A stretch of DNA of 64,000 nucleotides from positions 65,968,001-66,032,000 of the forward strand of contig OZ024741.1 of NCBI GenBank assembly GCA_964016885.1. Reading direction: 5' to 3'. The translations under genes were made by a program, and so were the position numbers. Shown here one piece after another: positions 16,848 to 27,940 of this stretch; positions within the stretch are counted from its first letter, which is position 1; every line of letters begins with the position of its first letter. Source of the DNA: Eledone cirrhosa. Its lineage: Eukaryota. The notes under the pieces were generated by a model. The model searched no databases. It was not told the origin of the DNA and saw nothing but the letters and a program-made list of their open reading frames with translations.

Positions 16848-17064
16848 TTATTCCCTTGCAACTCCACTTATTGTCTTTCTCACCCCCCCCCCCCCTCCTC
16901 GCCTTTCTACTTTATTACGTCCCTCTTTTTGCTATATTTCACCACAGTCGTCTGTCTCTAATGTTTCACTCTTTCCATTCTGTAACCCACTCTGTCTTAT
17001 CTCTTCTTTCTTTTATTTCTATTTGCCCTTTTCTGGTTTAACCTAGCTTTTCCCCCATGCCGTA

Positions 17065-17276
17065 TACGGTTTGTTCGCTTTTTACGCGAACTTGAAGTAC
17101 GCAAATTCGTTTTAACGCGTCTTGAAAAAATATTATTAAATATTCACTTTGCGCAAATAATGCGTGTAGTTTTTAATTTTTTTATTTATCAAAAATACAC
17201 GACTTGGATTACGCGAATTTGCTTTACGCACCGCGTTCACGGACACATCTTCGCGTAAAAAAATGAACACACTATA
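17065..17276. mobile_element. Tc1/mariner/pogo-type MITE
   Basis: Imperfect TIRs cggtttgttcgctttttacgcgaa / ttcgcgtaaaaaaatgaacacact flanked by TA; internal inverted subrepeats. Confidence 0.6.
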
Positions 17277-17404
17277 TCATAGAGGCAGGGAGAATTTTTC
17301 GGCAGTTTGGTATTTTAAGGGTTAATCAAGTTGACCTATGATCAAAAGCGTTCCGCTTGTGACCATCCCGTCTTTTTGTATAATCTATAGAACTACAGGC
17401 CTTA

Positions 17405-17570
17405 GGGTCTGACGCTATGCTTTGCAGCATAGAGTTACGGCCCTTTATGATCTGAGTTCAAATCCCGCCGAGGTTAACTTTGCCTTTCATCCTTACGAGG
17501 TCGATAAAATAAAGTCCCAGTAATGTACTGGGATAATTGCTGGCATTGAGCCAAAAGTAGAAACAATTAT
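17405..17570 (+). mobile_element. tRNA-derived SINE family S1
   Basis: B-box-like gagttcaaatccc followed by gcctttcatccttacg.ggtcgataaaataaagt.ccag; about 12 copies in the window. Confidence 0.8.
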
Positions 17571-17863
17571 TTATTCTTTTGTTTTCTTTTTTAAGTCAGT
17601 AGGGTGTAATTTGAGAGAAATTTGGCAGCTATTTATAGGAGGTCGAGTTATCTCATATGACCCCCTCCCCCACTACTTATACCTGACAAGATGCTGTAAG
17701 AACCTCCTTAGTTAGCCATGTAACTAAGTAAATGCCTGCCAGTTAGTGACCAGGTGTATTATGTGTGGTTGTGTAATACATGCTGGAGGTGGAGGTTTAC
17801 TTGTTATACTTTCTTAGCAACTCTGTATATTGCATACGCACGTACACACACACACACACACAT

Positions 17864-17918
<55 letters not shown>

Positions 17919-18343
17919 AATATGATAATAATGGAGCTGCGGCGCTGCAAATGGGTTACATATGAAAAAGTTTGTCCTCATCAGTGGCCATCCAACCGTC
18001 GTAGGCATTTCGTCGCATTAAAGGCTATATACCTCAGGTTGGTGCGAGCAACGGCTAAAAAAAAAGTCGTTGGGACACGTAAATAAAGGGGACGCTAGGG
18101 TAAACAAACAAAATGGTTTAAGCAGCAGAAAGTGATCACACACACACAATTATATTTTTCTCACCAAACTACCAAAACATACATCTATTTGTATGTGTGC
18201 TACAATGTATGTACATGTTATGTTTATCGCATATCGAAGTTTTATATATCTTGGTTGATATTTGATAATAACCGCTAAACTAACCACTACAACTAAAGTG
18301 ACCAAATTTGGCCTCCCACAATTCAGAAATGCTTCCACCGCCC

Positions 18344-18597
<254 letters not shown>

Positions 18598-18914
18598 ATA
18601 ATATATAATATACTGAAACTGTAGAGGTTTCCAGAGGTTGACTGAGGAGATGGGACTGTCCGTCTTTCTGTTGTTTTTCTCTATTGTCTTAGTCCGGAAC
18701 TGTTGAAACGACAAGAGCTCAGCTGCCGGGTCCCAACGCTTTACAATATAACCATACTCTACTACCCCAAGTATCGAGTACTCTGTTGAGTAATGGTCTA
18801 ACTAGTTTCAAACTGAATCAATCCTAATTTATATATACATATATATTAACACTTAATGGAGTTGTAGGGCATTTAAAATCTGGTAGGACTCATCCTTTTC
18901 CAGGCAATCGATTT

Positions 18915-18978
<64 letters not shown>

Positions 18979-19062
18979 CCCCAATACTAGATTGGTAATT
19001 TATTTAAGGATCGAAGGTAAAGTTATCTTTAGAGAGAGAGGGGGGAGTGAGTGAGTGTGTGA

Positions 19063-19108
<46 letters not shown>

Positions 19109-19357
19109 TATATATTAGTTTAACAATGGTAACAAAGGCAAGTTATTTTACATATTTTATTCATTGTTTTACGATCGTTTCGGAGGGTTGATCATTTTGA
19201 TATATTGAATGATCTCTAGCCGTTAGAGACTCTGTATCTGAAAGATTAACTCAACGAAACACGGAACCAATTTCTGGATCTCACTGAACTACTTGCTAAC
19301 GGATTACATTGAGTTCTAACTACGGTATAGACCCTATCACGAAAGATAGACGACATT

Positions 19358-19415
<58 letters not shown>

Positions 19416-19418
<3 letters not shown>

Positions 19419-19627
19419 CAAAAGGGATATTTAATTTGTTGGTAATTCAACAAATATATATGTTTATAACTGACTATCCGGGAAAAACTTCCTGGATATG
19501 TCAATATTTATAAAACAAACTTTGTATTTTATCTGATGAGAGCGTACCAAAGTTTTGGTACCCTTGAAATGTATATAATAGAATAAATATGGTTTTATAA
19601 ATATAGTTTCCATTTATTTAATATCAT

Positions 19628-19630
<3 letters not shown>
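19416..19630 (+). mobile_element. Solo PLE pLTR-like insertion in (TA)n carrying an HHR
   Basis: Unique 215-bp segment between two TA tracts, containing the HHR below. Confidence 0.7.
19504..19604 (+). ncRNA. Type I hammerhead ribozyme with extended stem I
   Basis: atatttataaaac..tattttat CTGATGA gagcgtaccaaa gt tttggtaccctt GAAA tgtata TA atagaata..gttttataaatat. Confidence 0.85.
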
Positions 19631-19661
<31 letters not shown>

Positions 19662-19664
<3 letters not shown>

Positions 19665-19978
19665 TGAAGGTGCATGGTTAGAGCGTGCAATCATGAGGTT
19701 GTGAGTTCGATTCCTGGACCGGGTGTTGCGTTGTGTCCTTGAGCAAGACACTTTATTTCACGTAGCTCCAGTTAACTCAGCTGAAGAAATGAGTTGCCAA
19801 GTTGTATCGGTCATTGCCTTTCCTTTGGACAACATCGGTGGCGTGGAGAGGGGAGACTGGTATGGATGGGCGACTGCTGGTCTTCCACTAACAAACCTTG
19901 CCCAGACTTATGTCTTGGAGGGGAACTTTCTAGGTGCAAATCTCATTGTCATTCGTGATTGAAGGGGGTCTTTACCCC
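19662..19978 (+). mobile_element. tRNA-derived SINE family S2
   Basis: B box gagttcgattcc then gtgtccttgagcaagacactttatttcac; related copies at 50249, 54486-54826 (-) and 55235. Confidence 0.8.
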
Positions 19979-20009
19979 ATATATATGCACACATATATAT
20001 AAACATATA

Positions 20010-20635
20010 TAATTGTTTCTACTTTTGGCACAAGGCCAGCAATTACTCAGTACATTACTGGTACTTTATTTTATCGACCCCGTAAGGATGAAAGGCAAAG
20101 TTAACCTCGACGGGAATTGAACTCAGACCGTAAAGGGACGTAACTATGCTGGAAAGCATGGCGTCCGACTCTCTACCGATACTGCCAATCCACATAATGT
20201 TTCTAATTCTGAGGGAAAGGGAAAGTCTGCGAAAATTGAACTCAGAACGTAAAGACCGAGGATCAATACTACTAATATAATTGTTTCTACGTTAGGCACA
20301 AGGCCAGCAATTACCCAGTGCATTACTGGTACTTTATTTTATCGACCCCGTAAGGATGAAGGGCAAAGTTAACCTTGGCGGGATTTGAACTAGGAATGGC
20401 AAAAGTGATATAATAATGGTTTCTTATATAGGCACAAGGCCAGCAATTTTTTTGCGGGGGAGGGGGGCGATTTAATCGTACCAGTGCGTAACTGGTACCT
20501 TATTTTATCGATTACGTAAGGATGAAAGGAAAAGTTATCCTTGGCGGGATTTGAACACATATCATAAAGGGCCGTAACTCTTTGCTTACAAAGCGTGGCA
20601 TCCGACCCTCATCCGATACTGCCAATCCACCACCC
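20010..20635 (-). mobile_element. Cluster of three S1 SINE copies
   Basis: Three repeats of ggtac.ttattttatcga...cgtaaggatgaa.gg.aaagtta.cct.g.cggga.ttgaac. Confidence 0.8.
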
Positions 20636-20955
20636 TTGATAGTGATATAATAATATATGTCCTTCATTGGGCTTAACACTGCCTGACATCTTGGGCAAGT
20701 GGTATTTACCATAGCCTTTGTGAGACATATCTTGTTAGTGAAAATGTATAGACGGATTGTATCTCTAATTCAAAGGGTCAGCCATAATAGAAACTGTCAC
20801 GCTGAGTCTCCTGAGAATTAAGTTAGTAGAATGCTCAGCCACATTCATATTAATTTCCCAAGCAAGCTGTTTCGTTGATTGAACAACTGGGACACCAATA
20901 TCGTCAAAACCAACGGAAGTCCAGTAAAGAAACACACACACATACTTTATATATA

Positions 20956-21090
20956 TGAAAAAATCCTGGACCCCGACAGGTGAGCTCCGGTCGTTTCAAC
21001 AGCTAGATCCTAACTTTTCATATTACCCGCTCTATTGAGTACTCTGGTGAGAAATGGTCTAACTGGTTTTTACCGCCTCCATTCTGATAC
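20956..21090. mobile_element. Family E two-armed mini insertion (diverged)
   Basis: Left arm is the minus-strand core and short end; right arm tattaccc..gagtactctggtg.. is the long end. A single-arm relative lies at ~18690-18810. Confidence 0.6.
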
Positions 21091-21098
21091 ATACACAC

Positions 21099-21163
<65 letters not shown>

Positions 21164-21168
<5 letters not shown>

Positions 21169-21538
21169 ATTATTGGTTGTGTCAAATGGTCCAATAAACT
21201 TTTGTTAGCCATATTAAGTTCTCCACGCTTTTGTATATCTCCAATTCCATTTATGGGAACAGCTAGATGATGTAAAACGGAGTATTTGTATCAAAATAAA
21301 GATCCGAAGGCATGGTATAAATTTCCAATCATTTTAATCACGACACAAGTTTCAATAAGAGATAGATCGATCGTGTAGCCATGATCGATTATCACTGATC
21401 TCGTCAGGTGAAAATGAATTGTCTTCAAATCCTTGATATGAGGGAGAAAATTAACGGTGTTCACTCACAGAGTTTAGTCCCTCATATCATTAAAATGATT
21501 GGAAATTTATACCATGCCTTCTGATCTTTATTTTGATA
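21164..21538. mobile_element. PLE family F two-armed mini insertion
   Basis: 21289-21338 is inverted against 21489-21538; the left arm extends ~120 nt further; TA tracts on both sides. Confidence 0.75.
21330..21416 (-). ncRNA. Type I hammerhead ribozyme (family F), GUC cleavage triplet
   Basis: cattttcac CTGACGA [long stem II gatcagtgataatcgatc...gatcgatctatctcttatt] GAAAC ttgt GTC gtgattaaaatg. Confidence 0.8.
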
Positions 21539-21541
21539 TAT

Positions 21542-21608
<67 letters not shown>

Positions 21609-21736
21609 TATATATATATATATATATATTAGAAATGTAAGCTATCGCCGTGATAACTTACATTTCTAATAATTTCAAACCCACTCGCTGTTTCGAAAAT
21701 ATTCTTACTATATATATATATATATATATTTATATA

Positions 21737-21896
21737 TAACGAAGGGAGCGTGGTAAGGAAACAGGTGGACCATAACGCACCAGAGTACTCAATACTTAGG
21801 GTAGTAGAGTGGGTAATAGGAAAATGTACAAGATCCCGACAGCAGAAATAGCCGTCGAAACTGCTTGAGCTCTGCCGTCGGGGTCTTGTACATTTT

Positions 21897-21900
<4 letters not shown>
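21737..21900. mobile_element. Family E two-armed mini insertion
   Basis: Left arm (minus) ends ccttcgtta(ta)n; right arm (plus) ends acattttccta(ta)n. Confidence 0.75.
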
Positions 21901-21956
<56 letters not shown>

Positions 21957-22421
21957 TATATATACACACACACATACATACACGTGTGTGTATATACTCA
22001 TACAAATATCGATATATTCATGCATATGAAATAAATGCGTACAAATATAAAAGATTATATATATTCAAAATGGGAGGGGGTCCAGGACAAAGACAATGGA
22101 AAAAACCTGAAAAATATATATATAGATAGAGTGGGGTGAGAAAGATGACACCGCATCATTAAGAAATCTCCAAATAAGAGTTATTTCTATATTACAGGAT
22201 ATATCTGTTGGATTAATTGAAAATGAAATATATGTGGTGGTGGTGGTGGTGGTGGTGGTGGTGGGTACTATTAAGTAGGGAGTTGTTGTGTTGCCCCAGT
22301 TTATCTTTAATTTTGATCGAATAAACGTATGATCAAATATATTCTGGCTGTAGCATCCTGTCCCTTTATATGTATGTGGGGTCTTTTTTAAGAATATTTA
22401 TTTGTTTCCTTTATTTTGCTA

Positions 22422-22806
22422 CATAACCTTGAGGTCGTGCCCTTGGCAGTGGAGACTTCTGGAGTCCTTTACCCTTACTCACCACCATAGGCGCTGAGCT
22501 GGCCAGCCGCAGGTGTGAGCCTCGCGAGATGGAATGGATCTTCCAGCGCATCTCCCTTACCATCCTCCGGGGAAACGCCTTCTCCATTCTGTCCGCCGGG
22601 GCTGTGGTGCGGCCAGCACGTGGGACCCCATTTGATCACTATACAGAGAGATTGAGAGGGCGAGAGAGACGGGGGCGATGACAGTGGGAGTTCGGGTCTT
22701 CCGTGTTCGGACACATTGCACCTGCTGTCATGTGGATCATGTGATAATTTCATTTTCCCAATATTCACACTTACATGATTGTTTATTTTACCATGTGGCT
22801 CCCGCT
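22422..22806 (+). pseudogene. C-terminal (restriction-like endonuclease) end and 3' UTR of a CRE-clade-like non-LTR retrotransposon
   Basis: Hand translation: EVVPLAVETSGVL (from 22431), frameshift, then TIGAELASRRCEPREMEWIFQRISLTILRGNAFSIL (from 22484, stop 22679-22681). This matches the PxAVETxG...QRISxxxxRGNA ending of CRE-type ORFs. Not in the ORF track. Confidence 0.7.
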
Positions 22807-23190
22807 TTATGTTGACCAATGCCTTGTCAGTGGAACTTGGTAGATATAAAGCTATTATGTTGACCAATGCCTTGTCAGTGGAACTTGGTAGATATAAAGC
22901 TATTATGTTGACCAATGCCTTGTCAGTGGAACTTGGTAGATATAAAGCTATTATGTTGACCAATGCCTTGTCAGTGGAACTTGGTAGATATAAAGCTATT
23001 ATGTTGACCAATGCCTTGTCAATGGAACTTGGTAGATATAAAGCTATTATGTTGACCAATGCCTTGTCAGTGGAACTTGGTAGATATAAAGCTATTATGT
23101 TGACCAATGCCTTGTCAGTGGAACTTGGTAGATATAAAGCTATTATGTTGACCAATGCCTTGTCAGTGGAACTTGGTAGATATAAAGCTA
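22807..23190. repeat. Tandem array, 8 x 48 bp
   Basis: Unit ttatgttgaccaatgccttgtcagtggaacttggtagatataaagcta; one substitution seen (23021). Confidence 0.97.
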
Positions 23191-23267
23191 TTTATTTGAA
23201 TCACAGTAGTATAGATAACATTACAAATTGCTCACAATTCTTTCAGAGTAAAAATATAAACACATAT

Positions 23268-23465
23268 AATTGTTTCTACTTTAGGCACAAGGTCGGCAAT
23301 TTGATGGGAGGGGGGGGGGTCGATTAAATCGACCTCAGTGCATTACTGGTACTTTATTTTATCGTCCCCGTAAGGATGAAAGGCAAAGCTAACCTCAGCG
23401 GGATTTGAACTCCATGCTGCGAAGCATGTTGTCCGGCGCTCTACCGGTACTGTCAATCTCCACCA
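23268..23465 (-). mobile_element. S1 SINE
   Basis: S1 central motif and tRNA-like head. Confidence 0.75.
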
Positions 23466-23718
23466 CCCTCTAGTTGTATAAATAAAACTACAAATTGTTC
23501 GCAGTTCTTTCAAAGTGAAAGTTTATTTAATTTTGTACATAGTTTAATTCATTTCATTTCATTTCCAATTTATATTATAACGTCTTTTTTAACAACCTAA
23601 AATAGGATTCAACTTAATTTGCTGAGATAGCAACAAATATAAATATATAAACATTATCGTACTGCCTCCTATAAACATTTATCGTACTGCCTCTCTGTTC
23701 TGTCCCTGTTCAATTTTC

Positions 23719-23767
<49 letters not shown>

Positions 23768-23800
23768 AAGAAATTAAAAGATGGTTAAAAAAGTTCCATA

Positions 23801-23870
23801 TATTTTATTATACGCATTTCGAAAACAACATCATCCTGAGACAAAAATTGTGTTCTCATCAGATAAAATA
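23801..23870 (-). ncRNA. Type I hammerhead in a solo family-A-related fragment (23764-23900) between TA tracts
   Basis: tattttat CTGATGA Gaacacaa...tgttgttttC GAAA tgcgta TA ataaaata; G-C at 10.1/11.1 where family A has A-U. Confidence 0.78.
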
Positions 23871-23925
23871 AGGTAACATGATATGAGGCCTAAAAGAAAA
23901 TATATATATATATATATATATATAC

Positions 23926-24300
23926 TTGTTTCCACTTTTGGCATTAGGCCATCAATTACTCTGTACATTACTGGTACTTTATTTTATCGACCGACCCCGT
24001 AAGGATGAAAGGCAAAGTTAACCTCGGCGGGATTTGAACTCAGACCATAAAGGGACGTAACTATGCTACAAAGCATGGTGTCCAACCCTCTACTGATACT
24101 GCCAATCCACCTATTGCATATATATACATACAGGGTGTACCCAACAAATGTTTTGACGCATAGAGTTACGGCCCTTGCCATTCTGAGTTCAAATTCCGCC
24201 GAGGTTAACTTTGCCTTTCATCCTTACGGGGTCGATAAAATAAAGTACCAGTAATACACTGAGTAATTGCTGGCCTTGTGCCAAAAAGTAGAAAATTATT
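23926..24300. mobile_element. Head-to-head inverted pair of S1 SINEs
   Basis: 23926-24111 (-) and 24157-24300 (+). Confidence 0.8.
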
Positions 24301-24890
24301 ATTATAGAATGTTGTTGAAGTGTGTATACATTTTTGTGGGACACCCTGTATATATGTATATATATATATGTGTGTGTGTGTGTGCATATGGGAGGGTGGG
24401 CGCTTGTGTGCATGTGGGAGGGTGGGCGTTTGTGTGCATACGTACAAATACACCTGCATATATCTATTGTTTACACAACTCAAATTTCTCTCCGACCCCT
24501 ACTTCGCCTTCCCCCACCCCTCAATTTCTTCACTGTCCCCTCCTCCTCCTCTCTTTTACTGTTGTCCTTTACAGAGTTTCTTTTTTCTTAAACTCACCCT
24601 TCTCTGAGATTCATACCCCACCTCACCGCCTTCACTCCTTATCTTATATCAACATATCCACTCTCTTCTCCTCCTACTTCGCTAACATTACCATTGTTCT
24701 CCCCCCACCTTCAGCTCATCTTTGTGTGTGTGTTTGCAGGTATGTTTGTATTCATGTTTGAACTTATATATATATATATATAAATACATGTACATATATG
24801 TATATACGTGTGTATTTGTATGAATGTTTGTATATATGTATACATAAATACATGTGCATATATATGTGTGTATGTATATATATATATCTT

Positions 24891-24933
<43 letters not shown>

Positions 24934-25058
24934 GTGTGAGTGTGTGTGTGTGTACGTGTACATACAAACATATATACATACATATACAAAATGTTATTTT
25001 TCACTCCTCTACAGTCTGTTTTTATTTATACAATTACTGGTTTATCCCCACCCCAATA

Positions 25059-25101
<43 letters not shown>

Positions 25102-25108
25102 ACACCCA

Positions 25109-25171
<63 letters not shown>

Positions 25172-25178
<7 letters not shown>

Positions 25179-25465
25179 TATACAATCTCTGATAGCCACA
25201 CACACACACACACTCATACATATACAATCTCTGATAGCCACACACACACACACACTCATACATATACAATCTTTGACAGCCACACACACACACACACACA
25301 TACATATACAATCTCTGATAGCCACACACACACACACATACATATACAATCTCTGATAGCCACACACACACACACACACATACATATACAATCTATGATA
25401 GCCACACACGCACACACGCATACATTTACAATCTTTGACAGCCACACACACACACGCACTCATAC
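25172..25465. repeat. Compound minisatellite, about 7 units of (CA)n + tacatatacaatctctgatagc
   Basis: Directly visible. Confidence 0.9.
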
Positions 25466-25554
25466 ATCACTGGTCATGAGAGATGAGAAGGTGGAGGTCA
25501 AATGCAAACATCAACTTACTCTCTATCTCTCGCTCACACAAACACACACATATA

Positions 25555-26512
25555 TACTCTTTTACTCTCTTTTACTCTTTTACCTATTCCAGCCATCCGG
25601 CTGAGGCCATGCTGGGCACCGCCCTTGTTGCTACACATTATCTCCAGCCTGTATTGGTTGGCCACTATGTAAGAGGGAGTTTGTTGCTGCTGCCCTTAGG
25701 TTTCTCTCGTGCTTTGCTGTGGGCTCATCCGGGATCCTGGATAGCAAAGTGTCGAGATGTTTCTTGAAGACATCCACCTCCACACCATCCAGATCCCTAG
25801 GCAGTTTGTTGAAGAGTTGAGGGCCCTTGAATCCCAGGCTATTGCAATATCTGCTCCTTATTCTAGATGTGGAAGACGGGACCTTTGGCACCACACAGTG
25901 ACGTCCTGTTCGGCGGTTGGTCCAGCTCCCAATGCCAAAGTTTGGTGCTAGTCCCTCCAGGATTTTCCACATGTAGATCACTGCGTATCTCTCCCGTCTT
26001 CGTTCCAAGGAGTAGAGGTTCAGCTCTTTTAGCCTCTCCCATTAGCTTATCTCCTTCATCGTGGCAATCTTCTTGGTGTAGCTTCGCTGGACTGCCTCAA
26101 GCTCCGTGGTTAGTTTGACACTATGGGGAGACCACAACTGGGAGCAATAGTCCAGGCGGCTTAGGACAAATGTCCTCCATAGTGTCAACATGGTGTCTCG
26201 GTCACTTGTCCGGAAAGTCCTCAAGATCCAGTGAGTCGCCACTTTCATGATGTGTGAGGAAAAAGATGCATCATCGCTCATGTCTATACCCAGGTATCGT
26301 ATCGATTTTGACACGAAGATATCGGTCCCTCCTGGTCCTGCGTAACTATGTTGTACTGTATTTGTGTTTGCAGGTTTGTATTGTAGGGCTTGAATTTGCC
26401 AGCATTAAACTGCATGTTGTTTTCTTCCGCCCATTTGTATATGGCATCCAGATCTTGTTGTAAAAGGACAACGCCAGCCGGGTTTTTGATTGCCTCTGCA
26501 ACCTTAGTGTCA
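25555..26512 (-). pseudogene. CR1/L2-group LINE 3' fragment (RT C-terminus), frameshifted
   Basis: DTKV..LQQDLDAIYKWAEENNMQFN..KF, RYLG, LSRLDYCSQLWSP, LEAVQR, LERRRER; 3' tail of (taaaagag)n on the minus strand. Confidence 0.85.
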
Positions 26513-26598
26513 TTTCTCCTATTACCCACTCTACTACCCTAAGTATTGAGTACTCTGGTGCGTTATGGTCCATCTTTTTCCTTACCACAACTCCTCCG

Positions 26599-26601
<3 letters not shown>
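26513..26601 (+). mobile_element. Family E long-end arm joined to the truncated LINE
   Basis: ttctcctattacccactctactaccctaagtattgagtactctggtgcg...ctccgtta(ta)n. Confidence 0.75.
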
Positions 26602-26641
<40 letters not shown>

Positions 26642-26700
26642 TATAGATATATATATATATATATATACATATATATACACAATCATATATATACACAATC

Positions 26701-26962
26701 ACACACAATCATCGCGTACACACATACACAAAATCATCCAACATATGATTTGTGACATTTGCACTAGATCACATATTTGCTTTATCGTTCATTAAATGAC
26801 TATGAATACATATCTTTAGTACTTGTTTTACAAGTTGGTATACAGCTACGACTATTATGGAAAGTTGACCCTGGTAGAGATTTGAACTTGAAATGTTAAG
26901 AGACGAAGTGGCAGTGAGAGTATAGGACAAAATGCCTTGCTATATTTATATATACATATATA
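26701..26962 (+). repeat. 262-bp direct repeat, copy 1
   Basis: Matches 46150-46411 (offset 19449) with one mismatch seen. Confidence 0.93.
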
Positions 26963-27211
26963 TATACATATATATATGTACATATACATCTTCAGCCCAT
27001 CCCCGCTCGGACCCCTCGCCTCCCTCTCCCAACTCCACCTGCCCCCCCCCCCCCCCCCACACGCCTCACACCCTTGTACCACTTGTTTATTTTTACGTTA
27101 ATTTTATGTTTATTTTTATTTGTACTTCTATCGTTTTTCCTCCCTTTTCTCTCCCCCTTATTTTTTCACCACTCCCCCACAGACCCTCGGAACTCTCTTT
27201 CTACCCACTTT

Positions 27212-27247
27212 TCTCCTGATGAAGGGCTTATGCCCGAAACGTCGTTC
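27212..27247 (+). ncRNA. Minimal hammerhead typical of PLE pLTRs, in a solo fragment 26988-27312 flanked by TA
   Basis: c CTGATGA a gggc ttat gccc GAAAC GTC g; stem I is poor. Confidence 0.72.
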
Positions 27248-27314
27248 CCCACCCCCACTCACAACTCATATTTGTACTGCCTCTCTGTTTTTGTTCCCAT
27301 CTGAGTTTTAACTG

Positions 27315-27384
<70 letters not shown>

Positions 27385-27417
27385 TATATATATACACATA
27401 TATATATATATACAAAC

Positions 27418-27494
<77 letters not shown>

Positions 27495-27537
27495 CATATA
27501 TATATGTACGTTATTCCGGGTTGAATCGGAGGTAACG

Positions 27538-27940
27538 GGATCACAGGTAAGCTAACTAAGAACATAGATTTTACATGTGGCCGGTGCTCTGGTGCAATAA
27601 GTAGCAGCAAGTGCCCACAAAATACTAGCTCTTTCAACTGCGCAGAGGGTCCTATAGAAATAGTGGACAGCTTCCGTTATCTGGGTGACAAAATCAGCAG
27701 TGGGGGAGGGTGCTCTGAAAGTACAGTAGCTAGAGTCAGAACTGGGTGGAAAAAGTTCAGAGAGCTTATACCACTATTAGCCACTAAAGGGTTCTCACTA
27801 AAAATGAAAGGCAGGTTGTACGATGCCTGCATACGAACAGCAATGTTACATGGCAGTGAGACCAGGGCATTGTGTGCAGAGGATATACGCAGACTAGAGA
27901 GGAACGAAGCTTGCATGCTCCACTGGATGTGTAATAGTAA
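27538..27940 (+). pseudogene. RTE LINE fragment (subfamily 1), tail-to-tail with the next copy
   Basis: [17 protein letters not shown]...DSFRYLG...LHWMCNS. Confidence 0.9.

Noticed and set aside
19165-19230. Minus-strand GAAA-cgatcg-TA palindrome with adjacent hairpin
   Set aside because: The 5' core is unrecognisable (ctaacgg); a possible decayed HHR, not called.
22807-23190. 48-bp array as a CRISPR array or a repeat protein (VNIIALYLPSSTDKAL)
   Set aside because: No unique spacers and no cas genes; frames stay open only because 48 is a multiple of 3.
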